Below are positions 40,306 to 48,843 of a stretch of 64,000 bases of DNA, piece after piece (the first letter of the stretch is position 1; each line of letters begins with the position of its first letter). The notes under the pieces were generated by a model. It was not told the origin of the DNA. It saw only the letters and a program-made list of their open reading frames with translations, and ran no database searches. The DNA comes from Ignavibacteria bacterium (lineage in GTDB: Bacteria > Bacteroidota > Ignavibacteria > Kapaibacteriales > Kapaibacteriaceae), in NCBI GenBank assembly GCA_947495975.1, contig CANMBE010000004.1, positions 78,380-142,379 on the forward strand. Direction: 5' to 3'. Position numbers and translations under genes: made by a program.

Positions 40306-41129
40306 ACTGGTTGTGAATGTGATGGATAGTCGCGCGTATGCCGCTCATCAATTGTTTTTAGTTGGTCTATGTGATTACGGTACCAGTTCACACCTGCCAA
40401 GTGTGCATTCGCACCAGCTACTTCGGGGTGATCAATCAAAAACGAAAGAATCTTTGCTGTGCTAAATCGAGGATGTATGAGGTAGAGATTATCGTAGATG
40501 GCTTTCATGAGCACGTAGTCCTCGGGATAGTCAATCGTCCAGCGATGACTCATGCTAAGGTCGAGACCGTTACTCCAAGAAACATTCGAAACCCTTACTT
40601 CAGGATTGTTATCCCACATCCAGGGAGTTGTATGCTCTCGCTCGTGTGGTTGTTCTGCCGCATGCCACGCTCGCTCTAGCACCTTCATGCTCATCACTTC
40701 AACGTCATTACCATCGGGCCATGTACCTGGATGAAGATTGCTGACGTAGTCCACCGAGTCTACGTTATCGATATACGCACCAATGACTGCATCAATAACT
40801 GAAGGATCAATGAGTGGACAGTCAGAAGGGATTTTTACAACCACATCGGCTTGATACGCAAGTGCCGCACGGTAATGCCTATCCAACAAATCTGTTGAGT
40901 GTCCCCTAAACACGTTGTATCCCGCATCAGCACATGTGTTCGCTAGAACGTCATCGCATGTTTCTTCTGTTGTAGCCACAACTATTTGTGTGGCAAGTCT
41001 TGATTGAGCTACTCTCTCAAGAAACCTCAGGATAAGGGGCTGTCCAGCCAAGGGCAGCAGCACCTTCCGTGGAAGGCGTGTAGATCCAAGTCGAGCTTGG
41101 CATACAATGATGATTCGCAAAACGGTCAC
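40302..41129 (-). CDS. SpsF-like cytidylyltransferase (CMP-ulosonate synthetase family; start probably GTG 41129)
   Basis: QARLGSTRLPRKVL, DLLDRH, SDCP, TIDYPED. Confidence 0.88.
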   Translation of the reverse strand: MTVLRIIIVCQARLGSTRLPRKVLLPLAGQPLILRFLERVAQSRLATQIVVATTEETCDDVLANTCADAGYNVFRGHSTDLLDRHYRAALAYQADVVVKIPSDCPLIDPSVIDAVIGAYIDNVDSVDYVSNLHPGTWPDGNDVEVMSMKVLERAWHAAEQPHEREHTTPWMWDNNPEVRVSNVSWSNGLDLSMSHRWTIDYPEDYVLMKAIYDNLYLIHPRFSTAKILSFLIDHPEVAGANAHLAGVNWYRNHIDQLKTIDERHTRDYPSHSQPV

Positions 41130-42142
41130 GACATACTTCCTGCATAAACACGTGGCAAAGTCACGGCGATTTGTAAGCCCAATGTGTCCAACACTTCTTG
41201 GCACACAGCTGCAATGTTCTCACCAGATTTGCCACTGTTTTGAACCGGGCATAGTTCCTTCAGTGTTTCGATTGGGAAATCGCTATGTACTGTTTTTCCA
41301 AGTGCAATGCCAACGTATACACACGATGAGTACTTGGTGATCAGTGTATCGCAGCTTGCGATAAGGGGCTCAATAGGCCTACCATGTAGGATAGTTGATT
41401 GCGGCGCCCAGCGCTCTATCTCGGCGATGGCTCTATCAATTTGTTCATTTGGATGAAGTTTGAATATTACTTCTTTGCCATTTGCAATCGCGAGTGCACG
41501 ATCAATCGTTGTCTTTCGACTTTCGTATTTAAATGTCTCGCGTGCATCGCTCGTGGCAACGAGAACGAAGCCTTTTCGCTCATACGGCTGGGCTGCGTAC
41601 TCCACACAGTTATCAAAGTTTGGAATTCCTGTCACAACAAGTTTGCGACTGCGTGCCCCTTTTCGTATAAAGTGTGTTTTGTATCCCTCCGAAGCAACAC
41701 ACATGCGCATATACGCGTCAGACATGCCAAATGTAGACGTCGATGCCAGGTATCGTGGCAATCCGAGATACTTCACGAGGTAATACGCCATGTTTTCAGG
41801 ATCAGTCATTCCTTCCTGAACCAACACAACGCGTCCGTGGCGGATGTTCTTGGGCACAACAAGATCACTACACGTCACCACAAGGTCATACATGTGGCGG
41901 GATCCACGAAAGTCTATCTGTTTACCGTGGAGCTCTAGGAAGCCGAGGGCACGCGATTGGTGTCCTTGTCCGGCAACCGTCCACTCTATAAGTTTCTTTC
42001 GCTCAAGGATGCCAATAAACCCATCAGTGTAGTGTGGTGTAAACCAGCAATCATGATGCGCCAAGTGTTGGGATATCTTCTCCATCATAGTGGTTTGGTT
42101 CATGGAACCACAAATGAAGAGGATTCTACGGCGTGTTCTCAT
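41126..42142 (-). CDS. GT-B fold protein, putative CMP-ulosonate (sialyl/Kdo-type) transferase
   Basis: VQEG, VTGIPNFD, FKLHP, LITKYSS...ALGK motifs; operon context. Confidence 0.6.
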   Translation of the reverse strand: MRTRRRILFICGSMNQTTMMEKISQHLAHHDCWFTPHYTDGFIGILERKKLIEWTVAGQGHQSRALGFLELHGKQIDFRGSRHMYDLVVTCSDLVVPKNIRHGRVVLVQEGMTDPENMAYYLVKYLGLPRYLASTSTFGMSDAYMRMCVASEGYKTHFIRKGARSRKLVVTGIPNFDNCVEYAAQPYERKGFVLVATSDARETFKYESRKTTIDRALAIANGKEVIFKLHPNEQIDRAIAEIERWAPQSTILHGRPIEPLIASCDTLITKYSSCVYVGIALGKTVHSDFPIETLKELCPVQNSGKSGENIAAVCQEVLDTLGLQIAVTLPRVYAGSMS

Positions 42143-42327
42143 GCGCTATTACTACCTATACGTGGTTCGGCGAAACATTCAACTCGCGAACTTCACCGTA
42201 TAACATCACGCATATGTAACGCCAACATCAACGAATTGTAGCACGTAAAGCCCCAATAATGAAAGGGGCGTAGCGCATTATCCACAAGCACACTTTAGGG
42301 TGGCCACCAAAACACGTAACAATTTGG

Positions 42328-43353
42328 TTACGGTTGCTGCCACGCAGGGTTTGTTAGGACACTCGAATCAGTAAGTGCCTTCATAAAGGCAACGAGCGAA
42401 GCCTTCTCTGGATCGGTTAACCCAAGCTTCTTTACACGAGGGTCTTTGTTGGGGAACGGAGTGCCCCCATCATTATAATGATCCACAACTTGTTCAAGCG
42501 TTGTAAGGAGCCCCTTCTCACTGTCTCCTGTTGCCATATACGGAGGACTAAGGGCCACATTTCGCAGCGTTGGTGTTTTGAATTTTCCTTCGTCTAGAGG
42601 ATCCTTTGTCACATTATACCTACCACGATCAAAATAGTGGTGGAACAACCCCACATTATGGAAGAGGTCGTCTGTGAGGTCAGGCCCACTATGACAAGAG
42701 CTGCACAGTGCCTTGCTGCTGAAGAACAACTGCATGCCTTTACGCTCTAGCGCCGATAAGGCATTGAGATGTCCTTGCAAGAAACGATCGTATCTACTGT
42801 TAGCACTTACAATTGTCCGCTCAAACGTGGCAACGGCTTGCATTACGCGTGGCATCGAAACTGAAGTGTCCCCGAAAGCAGCGAGCCATTTTGCGCGATA
42901 CACATCAGAGCGCAGCAACACAGCAACTGCGAACGTGTCAGCCTGCATCTCTGCCGAATTCAAGAATGCTCCCATCGCCTGCTCTTCAAGTGTAGAAGCT
43001 CTGCCATCCCAGAACATCATCTTTCGATACCCTACGTTCACAATCATTGGTGCGTTGCGCAGGCCTCTCGCTCCTTGCACACCCTGGCTTACTTGATTGG
43101 GCGCATCAGAAAATGATTGCGCAGCAACGTGGCAGGAAGCGCACGCAATTGTACCTTCATTTGAAAGTCGCTTGTCGTAAAAGAGATGACGCCCTAGATC
43201 AACCTTTTCACGCGTGATCACATTATTGGCTGGGTACACCATAGCCGGGAGATGTGCCGGCACCGACGGAAATTGTTCTTCCAACGGCTGCACGGGATCA
43301 CTGGCGCAGCCAGCGATCAAAACAAAAACGGCAACAATTGGTATGTATCTCAC
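42328..43353 (-). CDS. Di-heme cytochrome c peroxidase/MauG superfamily lipoprotein
   Basis: Lipobox LIAGC; LGRHLFYDKRLS; CASCH and CSSCH; FWDGRA; FKTPTLRNV. Confidence 0.9.
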   Translation of the reverse strand: MRYIPIVAVFVLIAGCASDPVQPLEEQFPSVPAHLPAMVYPANNVITREKVDLGRHLFYDKRLSNEGTIACASCHVAAQSFSDAPNQVSQGVQGARGLRNAPMIVNVGYRKMMFWDGRASTLEEQAMGAFLNSAEMQADTFAVAVLLRSDVYRAKWLAAFGDTSVSMPRVMQAVATFERTIVSANSRYDRFLQGHLNALSALERKGMQLFFSSKALCSSCHSGPDLTDDLFHNVGLFHHYFDRGRYNVTKDPLDEGKFKTPTLRNVALSPPYMATGDSEKGLLTTLEQVVDHYNDGGTPFPNKDPRVKKLGLTDPEKASLVAFMKALTDSSVLTNPAWQQP

Positions 43354-44198
43354 AGCTGAGCAAGATCCTCGAGTTTCGAAATGAATTCTTGAGCTTCGCG
43401 ACCTTTTAAGCCTGCTGCTTCAAGAATAGAATCTTCGGGCGTACCTGAAATTAACATCGAGCGTATGGCCAGGAGTTCCTTACGAGAGAACCTCTGCGCA
43501 TGCAGCATGTAGTCTTCAAAGGCTTCATATGCCATCGGGACAGCAGCACGCACTATCTCTGCCATTGCCTGACCGTATACGCGAATCTCATATTGTGCGT
43601 GCGCGTCAATGCGCAAGCGCAAAAAATGGAAGAGATTGTGCAGGTTAACCTTCCAATACCATTCAGTGTAATTGGAAACAGGCAGATTGATGCGAGCAAT
43701 TTCACGAGCCAAGTTGGTACCAAGCAAATCCTGGTATTCCGCATAGAGCGTATCCTGCGTATCAGACATAAGTGTACGAATGCGTTCTGCCTCTTCAGGA
43801 GCGAACAAATCATCTGACCTGCCCTGCTTATTCGTAACGCTTTGCGCGCGCACCTGGTCGGGTGCTGGCACGTAGAACTCGTCCTTCATTTCCGAGTATC
43901 TGCCAGAATATTCATTCACGTTTGCCGTGCGGTGACGGATCCACTGGCGCGCAACAAAGATTGGGAGCTTAACATGGAACTTAAACTCCACCATCTCAAA
44001 TGGTGTGGTGTGGATATGGCGCATGAGATAACGTATGAGTCCACGATCTTCGAGCACCTTCTTTGTGCCCGCTCCATATGAAACCCGGGCTGCCTGCACA
44101 ATGGCAGAGTCGTCCCCCATTACGTCAATGAGACGCACGAATCCTTTATCGAGGCAAGGAAACTCCTTGCCGAGCAATGCTTGTACCTGTTCTGTCAT
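43350..44198 (-). CDS. thyX: FAD-dependent thymidylate synthase (start probably ATG 44198)
   Basis: AARVSY, HTTPFE, RQWIRHR, NEYSGRY, HAQYEIR. Confidence 0.95.
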   Translation of the reverse strand: MTEQVQALLGKEFPCLDKGFVRLIDVMGDDSAIVQAARVSYGAGTKKVLEDRGLIRYLMRHIHTTPFEMVEFKFHVKLPIFVARQWIRHRTANVNEYSGRYSEMKDEFYVPAPDQVRAQSVTNKQGRSDDLFAPEEAERIRTLMSDTQDTLYAEYQDLLGTNLAREIARINLPVSNYTEWYWKVNLHNLFHFLRLRIDAHAQYEIRVYGQAMAEIVRAAVPMAYEAFEDYMLHAQRFSRKELLAIRSMLISGTPEDSILEAAGLKGREAQEFISKLEDLAQL

Positions 44199-44203
44199 AG
44201 GCA

Positions 44204-44211
44204 CAAAGATA
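44204..44211 (-). promoter_or_regulatory. -7 promoter element (TAtcTTTG), 5 nt before the thyX ATG
   Basis: Exact TAnnTTTG match. Confidence 0.6.
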
Positions 44212-44269
44212 GAGTCCCGTGTCCGTAGATTGACGTCAGAAATCAACAGATCAATTCTAGAGGGCACAA

Positions 44270-44542
44270 ATGGGCGGTTTTCGGCTGCTGTGTGGTGCTT
44301 TTTTGATGCTGTGTAGCTCAGTCTTTGTGCCTCAGATGTTGGCAGGGGGCGATGGGCCACGCACATTTGAGACTTTTCGTGACACACCCTTAGCCGCCGA
44401 GATCGATAGTTCCACGGTTAGACAGGTTAGTAGCCTTGTGTTCGAAGACGGCCTCATAACAATCAGTCTCGATAGCGGCAGGAAGGACAACGTACGGATG
44501 AGCGTAGAAATCGTCTTCAAATTGGCACCTCGCGATACGTAA
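44270..44542 (+). CDS. Possible small exported protein, 90 aa
   Basis: ATG start, hydrophobic signal-like N-terminus, fills the thyX-dtd gap. Confidence 0.45.
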   Translation: MGGFRLLCGAFLMLCSSVFVPQMLAGGDGPRTFETFRDTPLAAEIDSSTVRQVSSLVFEDGLITISLDSGRKDNVRMSVEIVFKLAPRDT

Positions 44543-44586
44543 GATTTTTACGGAACGTGCATATTCGGAAGCATACAAAACACACT

Positions 44587-45045
44587 ATGCGTATCATTCT
44601 ACAACGCGTTTCTTCTGCACATGTTGATGTATGTGGCGTTACGGTAGGCCAGATCGGCAGCGGTTTACTTGCCCTCGTTGGAATCACCCATACAGACACA
44701 TCAGTACAAACTGCATGGATGTCCGAGAAACTTTTGTCGATCCGTCTCTTCCCCGATACAGAAGGCAAGATGAACCTCTCACTCAACGATATTGGAGGGG
44801 GCTTACTAATCGTATCACAGTTTACCTTGTACGCAGACACATCCAAGGGCACTCGCCCGTCATTCATTGACGCCGCGAAACCCGAACATGCAGAGCCCCT
44901 TTTCCAAGAGCTCGTGCAGATGGTTCAAGAACGCGCTGCAACCTCATCGTCATCCATCAACATTGCAAAAGGCGTCTTTGGAGCAATGATGGATGTGCAT
45001 CTCATAAATGATGGGCCGGTGACGATCATACTAGAGACTCGTTGA
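44587..45045 (+). CDS. dtd: D-aminoacyl-tRNA deacylase (start ATG 44587)
   Basis: MRIILQRV, SQFTL, FGAMM, NDGPVT. Confidence 0.95.
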   Translation: MRIILQRVSSAHVDVCGVTVGQIGSGLLALVGITHTDTSVQTAWMSEKLLSIRLFPDTEGKMNLSLNDIGGGLLIVSQFTLYADTSKGTRPSFIDAAKPEHAEPLFQELVQMVQERAATSSSSINIAKGVFGAMMDVHLINDGPVTIILETR

Positions 45046-45060
45046 GCGAAGTTCAGACTA

Positions 45061-46686
45061 CTACAGCGTTACAGTACTCTCGTTGACCGATTCAAGAGCG
45101 CGACTCATTGCTGCGAGTGCTTGTGTTGCAAGTGCACCGTCAATAACGCGGTGATCGTAGGTGATGGATAGATAAACCATACTACGAATAACGATAACGT
45201 CTTCACCATCGAGTTCGCGAACAACTGGACGTTTTTGGATAGCACCAATGCCAATGATAGCTGTCTGTGGTTGATTGATTACAGGCGTTCCAAACAGCGA
45301 GCCAAATGACCCAACGTTTGTAACAGTAATTGTGCCGCCAGAGATATCATCTGGCGTAAGCTTCTTTGAACGTGCGCGCAGTGCAAGGTCATTCATCACA
45401 CGTCCAACACCAGTGATGTTGAGTGTGTCTGCATTCTTGATCACTGGCACTATCAGATTGCCATCTGGCAACGCCGTTGCCATTCCAAGATGAACACGCT
45501 TGTGTTGAATGATGTTCTTTCCATCAACACTTACATTGATTCGTGGGTATGCCTTTACACCCTCACATACAGCCCAACCAAAGAATGGGTTGTATGTAAG
45601 CTTAAAGCCTTCACGCTTTTGAAAACTATCTTTATACTTTTCTCGGAGCTTCACAATTCCGGTAACGTCAACTTCTGCTACACTCGTTACATGTGCAGAT
45701 GTTTGCTTTGAACGCGTCATGTGCTCAGAGATGAGCTGACGCATGCGATCCATCGGAATGATCTCAGATTCGCCACCAGCCATCGGAGCATTTAAAACAA
45801 GCGCTAGAGCCGTAGCCGCTGGAGCAGGTGCAATTGCAAGCGCTGCCACATGCCCATTCCCACGCTTGGCTAAAAATGCCTGAACATCAGTTTTTGTCAC
45901 ACGCCCTTCAAGACCAGTTCCTGTGATCGCATCTAGTTCACCAACGCTGATATTCTCGGATGCAGAGATACTTCGTACAAGGGGCGAATAGAATCTCCCA
46001 CCCGATTGACGAGGCACTGCTCCATGCACAGTGGCTTGCAAAGGCGCTTGCGCAGGTGCTGAAACGGGTGCTGAAACGGGTGCTGAAACGGGTGCTGAAA
46101 CAGTACCTGAAACAGCTATGCGCGCAACCACTTTCCCAACTTCAACCACATCACCCTCATTTGCGAGTACTGCAGACAATACTCCTGCAGTTGGCGATGG
46201 CACCTCGGTGTCGACTTTGTCAGTAGAGATTTCAAGGAGCACTTCGTCTCGCTCAACCTTGTCTCCTAATTTCTTAACCCAACGAAGTACCGTGCCCTCT
46301 TGAATTGATTCACCCATCTTTGGCATTACTACTTCAACGTCGCCCGCTCCAGTCAATGGCGCTGGCGCATTCGCTAGCGCAGTCGCTGGCACTGGCACTG
46401 GCACTGGCGCAGTCGCTGGCACTGGCGCAGTCGCTGGCACTGAAACCGATTCTCCGTTAAGAACCACAATCACCTTTCCAACTTCAACTACATCGCCTTC
46501 GGCGAAGAGAATCTGCGAGATTACGCCGGCCGATGGAGACGGAACTTCCGTGTCCACTTTATCCGTAGAGATCTCAACGATTACTTCATCTCGTTCAACC
46601 TTGTCTCCAACTTTTTTGACCCATCGAAGAATCGTTCCTTCTTGGATTGATTCTCCCATCTTTGGCATCACTACTTCAACGCTCAT
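45061..46686 (-). CDS. sucB: 2-oxoacid dehydrogenase E2 (dihydrolipoamide acyltransferase) with two lipoyl domains
   Basis: Two EISTDKVDTEVPSP lipoyl domains; GTGLEGRVTKTD; DHRVIDG. Substrate specificity (SucB vs other E2) not certain. Confidence 0.8.
   Translation of the reverse strand: MSVEVVMPKMGESIQEGTILRWVKKVGDKVERDEVIVEISTDKVDTEVPSPSAGVISQILFAEGDVVEVGKVIVVLNGESVSVPATAPVPATAPVPVPVPATALANAPAPLTGAGDVEVVMPKMGESIQEGTVLRWVKKLGDKVERDEVLLEISTDKVDTEVPSPTAGVLSAVLANEGDVVEVGKVVARIAVSGTVSAPVSAPVSAPVSAPAQAPLQATVHGAVPRQSGGRFYSPLVRSISASENISVGELDAITGTGLEGRVTKTDVQAFLAKRGNGHVAALAIAPAPAATALALVLNAPMAGGESEIIPMDRMRQLISEHMTRSKQTSAHVTSVAEVDVTGIVKLREKYKDSFQKREGFKLTYNPFFGWAVCEGVKAYPRINVSVDGKNIIQHKRVHLGMATALPDGNLIVPVIKNADTLNITGVGRVMNDLALRARSKKLTPDDISGGTITVTNVGSFGSLFGTPVINQPQTAIIGIGAIQKRPVVRELDGEDVIVIRSMVYLSITYDHRVIDGALATQALAAMSRALESVNESTVTL
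46055..46101. repeat. About 4 tandem copies of 12-bp ggtgctgaaacg (VSAP linker)
   Basis: Seen directly; in frame in the E2 linker. Confidence 0.9.
46378..46442. repeat. Mixed 18-bp/6-bp repeats (gcagtcgctggcactggc / actggc) encoding a PATAPV linker
   Basis: Seen directly. Confidence 0.85.
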
Positions 46687-46732
46687 TGCGGTCTTTCTTG
46701 CTTAATTATGTTCGTCTTGTAAGACATGCAAC

Positions 46733-47614
46733 TTAACCATTTCGGATGATGTCTCGAAGTGCCTCTTCGAGCTGCGGATGCTTGAATTTGAACGTTGTGC
46801 CAGAAAGCCGCGCAGGAACAACGTATTGGCCATGAGCTACAATGTCGGCCTGACGACCTAAAATCAGTCGCAAGATTGGAGTAGGTACCGGAAGCCATGA
46901 AGGCCGGTGTAGGACGCTACCCAACGTTTTCGACATTTGGCGCATTGTTACTGCCTCTGGTGCAACAACATTATATGGGCCCGATGCTTCTGCGTTCAGT
47001 GCTGCCCAGACATATGCACCAATCACATCCTCAATGTGTATCCATGGGAACCACTGATTTCCTTTTCCAAGTGGACCTCCAAGACCAAGCTTCATAGGTA
47101 AAATGAGGCGAGGTAGAGCTCCTTCTTTAGAATCGAGGACAACTCCCACACGCAAACAAACAACACGTGTTACGCTAGAGGCAAGCATGGCTTCGCGCTC
47201 CCAGTCTTTCACCACGAGAGCTAAGAAAGTTTGTCCGGCTCCCATAGCTTCATTACTAGGAACCATTGTGTTTCCATAATACCCAACCGCAGAAGTGTTG
47301 ATGAGCACGGGTGGGTGTTTTGCTGCTTGAATGGCACGTACAATCTTTCGTGTACTCTCAAGCCTACTGTGCAGAACATCATGTCGTACTTGCGCGCTCC
47401 ACCGCTCCTTACCAACGTGTGTACCCGCAAGGTTAATCACGGCATGTGCGCCGTCTACAAGTGCTGGCAAGGCTTCCCACGGTTGCGTGCTACCATCAGT
47501 GCCAGCCGTAGCCGACCGAGAGATGGTAACAACTGTAAAGCCCCGTTTGCGAAGGGCAATCGCAATGTGGCGGCCAAGGAAGCCAGAACCACCAGCGATG
47601 ATGATATTGCTCAT
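46733..47614 (-). CDS. TIGR01777/YfcH family NAD-dependent epimerase-like protein
   Basis: AGGSGFLG, INLAG, SAVGYYG, GGPLGKGNQWFPWIH. Confidence 0.9.
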   Translation of the reverse strand: MSNIIIAGGSGFLGRHIAIALRKRGFTVVTISRSATAGTDGSTQPWEALPALVDGAHAVINLAGTHVGKERWSAQVRHDVLHSRLESTRKIVRAIQAAKHPPVLINTSAVGYYGNTMVPSNEAMGAGQTFLALVVKDWEREAMLASSVTRVVCLRVGVVLDSKEGALPRLILPMKLGLGGPLGKGNQWFPWIHIEDVIGAYVWAALNAEASGPYNVVAPEAVTMRQMSKTLGSVLHRPSWLPVPTPILRLILGRQADIVAHGQYVVPARLSGTTFKFKHPQLEEALRDIIRNG

Positions 47615-47634
47615 AGGATTCATCCCGAACAAAC

Positions 47635-47667
47635 AAAAAAGCCCGGACGAAAAGTTCGCACGGGCTT
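47635..47667 (-). terminator. Intrinsic terminator after rplI
   Basis: aagcccgtgcgaa-ctt-ttcgtccgggc-tttttt on the - strand. Confidence 0.75.
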
Positions 47668-47697
47668 CATACTTTTTACTGTAACTGCCTAGCCGAA

Positions 47698-48144
47698 TTA
47701 GTCTTGACCAATCACCCAGACTTTAAGGGGTGCAATCACATCTGCGAGAAGCTTTACCTTCACATCAAAGATGCCAAGCGTTTTGATTGGCTCATCAATG
47801 GTAATATTCCTGCGGTCAACCTTAAAGCCCCGTAGCTCTAGTTCTTGCGCAATCATCGGTGCAGTTACGGTTCCGAAGAGCCTGCCTTCTTCGCCAACCT
47901 GCATCGAGATGGTAATTTGTAGCTCTGCTAATTGCGACGCCACAACCTCGGCTTGCGAACGAGCCTTTGCCATGCGGCCTTCATATTGCTTCTTCTCAGT
48001 TTCGAGAGAGCGAATAGCGCCTGGTGATGCAATGTAGGCGAGTTGGTTTGGGATCAGATAGTTGCGCCCGTATCCGGCCTTCACAGCAATGATATCGCCA
48101 ATGCTGCCCAGTTTCTCAACGTCTTGTCGAAGGATGATTTTCAT
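47698..48144 (-). CDS. rplI: 50S ribosomal protein L9
   Basis: MKIIL..DV.KLG..GD...VKAGYGRNYLIP; LFGTVT. Confidence 0.97.
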   Translation of the reverse strand: MKIILRQDVEKLGSIGDIIAVKAGYGRNYLIPNQLAYIASPGAIRSLETEKKQYEGRMAKARSQAEVVASQLAELQITISMQVGEEGRLFGTVTAPMIAQELELRGFKVDRRNITIDEPIKTLGIFDVKVKLLADVIAPLKVWVIGQD

Positions 48145-48168
48145 GATCGTAGCCAGGTTCGGTGTGGA

Positions 48169-48558
48169 TTAAAGGAGCGGCATGCCCGTGCGGGCGGCTT
48201 CAGCCATTGCAATAGCACGTATGGCTTGAGCTTCGGCACGCGTCTTGCGAAACTCGCGAAGCTTTGGATCGAGCTGTAGCGAAAGGCAACGAAGTACGCC
48301 TTCTTCGAGCAAGAAAAACTTCTCGAGGAGCGGCAATGACTCTGCAGGGGCTTCAAATGCCGTGTACACGTAAAATCCGTTGTACTTCTTCTTGATTGGA
48401 TAGGCCAGACGACGGCGGCCCATCTTGTTCAATTCGACCAATTGAGCGCCATTCTCTTCGAGAAAGTCGTTAACGCGCTTAATGATCACTTCAATATCTG
48501 GATCTTCTAAAGCTGCGTTCAGAATATATGTTGTTTCGTACAGGCGACGAACACTCAT
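48169..48558 (-). CDS. rpsF: 30S ribosomal protein S6
   Basis: YETTYIL, GRRRLAYPIKK, VLR. Confidence 0.96.
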   Translation of the reverse strand: MSVRRLYETTYILNAALEDPDIEVIIKRVNDFLEENGAQLVELNKMGRRRLAYPIKKKYNGFYVYTAFEAPAESLPLLEKFFLLEEGVLRCLSLQLDPKLREFRKTRAEAQAIRAIAMAEAARTGMPLL

Positions 48559-48564
48559 GTGGAT

Positions 48565-48613
48565 CTCCTATGGATGCGTAGGGCAGCCGGTGGCGTCCGA
48601 ACCAACGGCAGGA
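48565..48613 (-). promoter_or_regulatory. Putative rpsF (S6:S18) autoregulatory leader
   Basis: UCCU pairs with the SD AGGA; inner GCCG-UGG/CCA-CGGC hairpin; unpaired CCC 3' of the hairpin. Confidence 0.65.
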
Positions 48614-48639
48614 TGGGAAGAAACTCTTGTCAGAGCCGA

Positions 48640-48671
48640 CAAACATACGGCGCCAAATCGGCTTTCCCAAA
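48640..48671 (-). promoter_or_regulatory. Complete Bacteroidota-type promoter for rpsF-rplI
   Basis: TTTG (48671-48668), N20, TAtgTTTG (48647-48640). Confidence 0.75.
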
Positions 48672-48737
48672 CCTTTCCATAGCGAGCCCCCAATGAGACG
48701 CTACCACGTCACATGAGGCAAAGGCTCTCTTCAGGGC

Positions 48738-48766
48738 TTGCACAGGCAGATTTTCCCGTATCTTCG
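48738..48766 (+). promoter_or_regulatory. Probable promoter for the S1-domain gene
   Basis: TTG, N18, TAtcTTCG. Confidence 0.5.
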
Positions 48767-48843
48767 CAGTCCCACAACGGAGGTTCCGTTTCTGGGTCGC
48801 GATCACCTTCTGGGTGAGTTTTTCTAAGTCACACGTTCCCGCT

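Noticed and set aside
33900..42142. Operon as a mobile genomic island
   Set aside because: No integrase, transposase, tRNA or flanking direct repeats; composition looks like the flanks by eye
46055..46442. Tandem repeats as a CRISPR array or phase-variation tract
   Set aside because: No spacers; unit lengths are multiples of 3 and encode ordinary Ala/Pro E2 linkers
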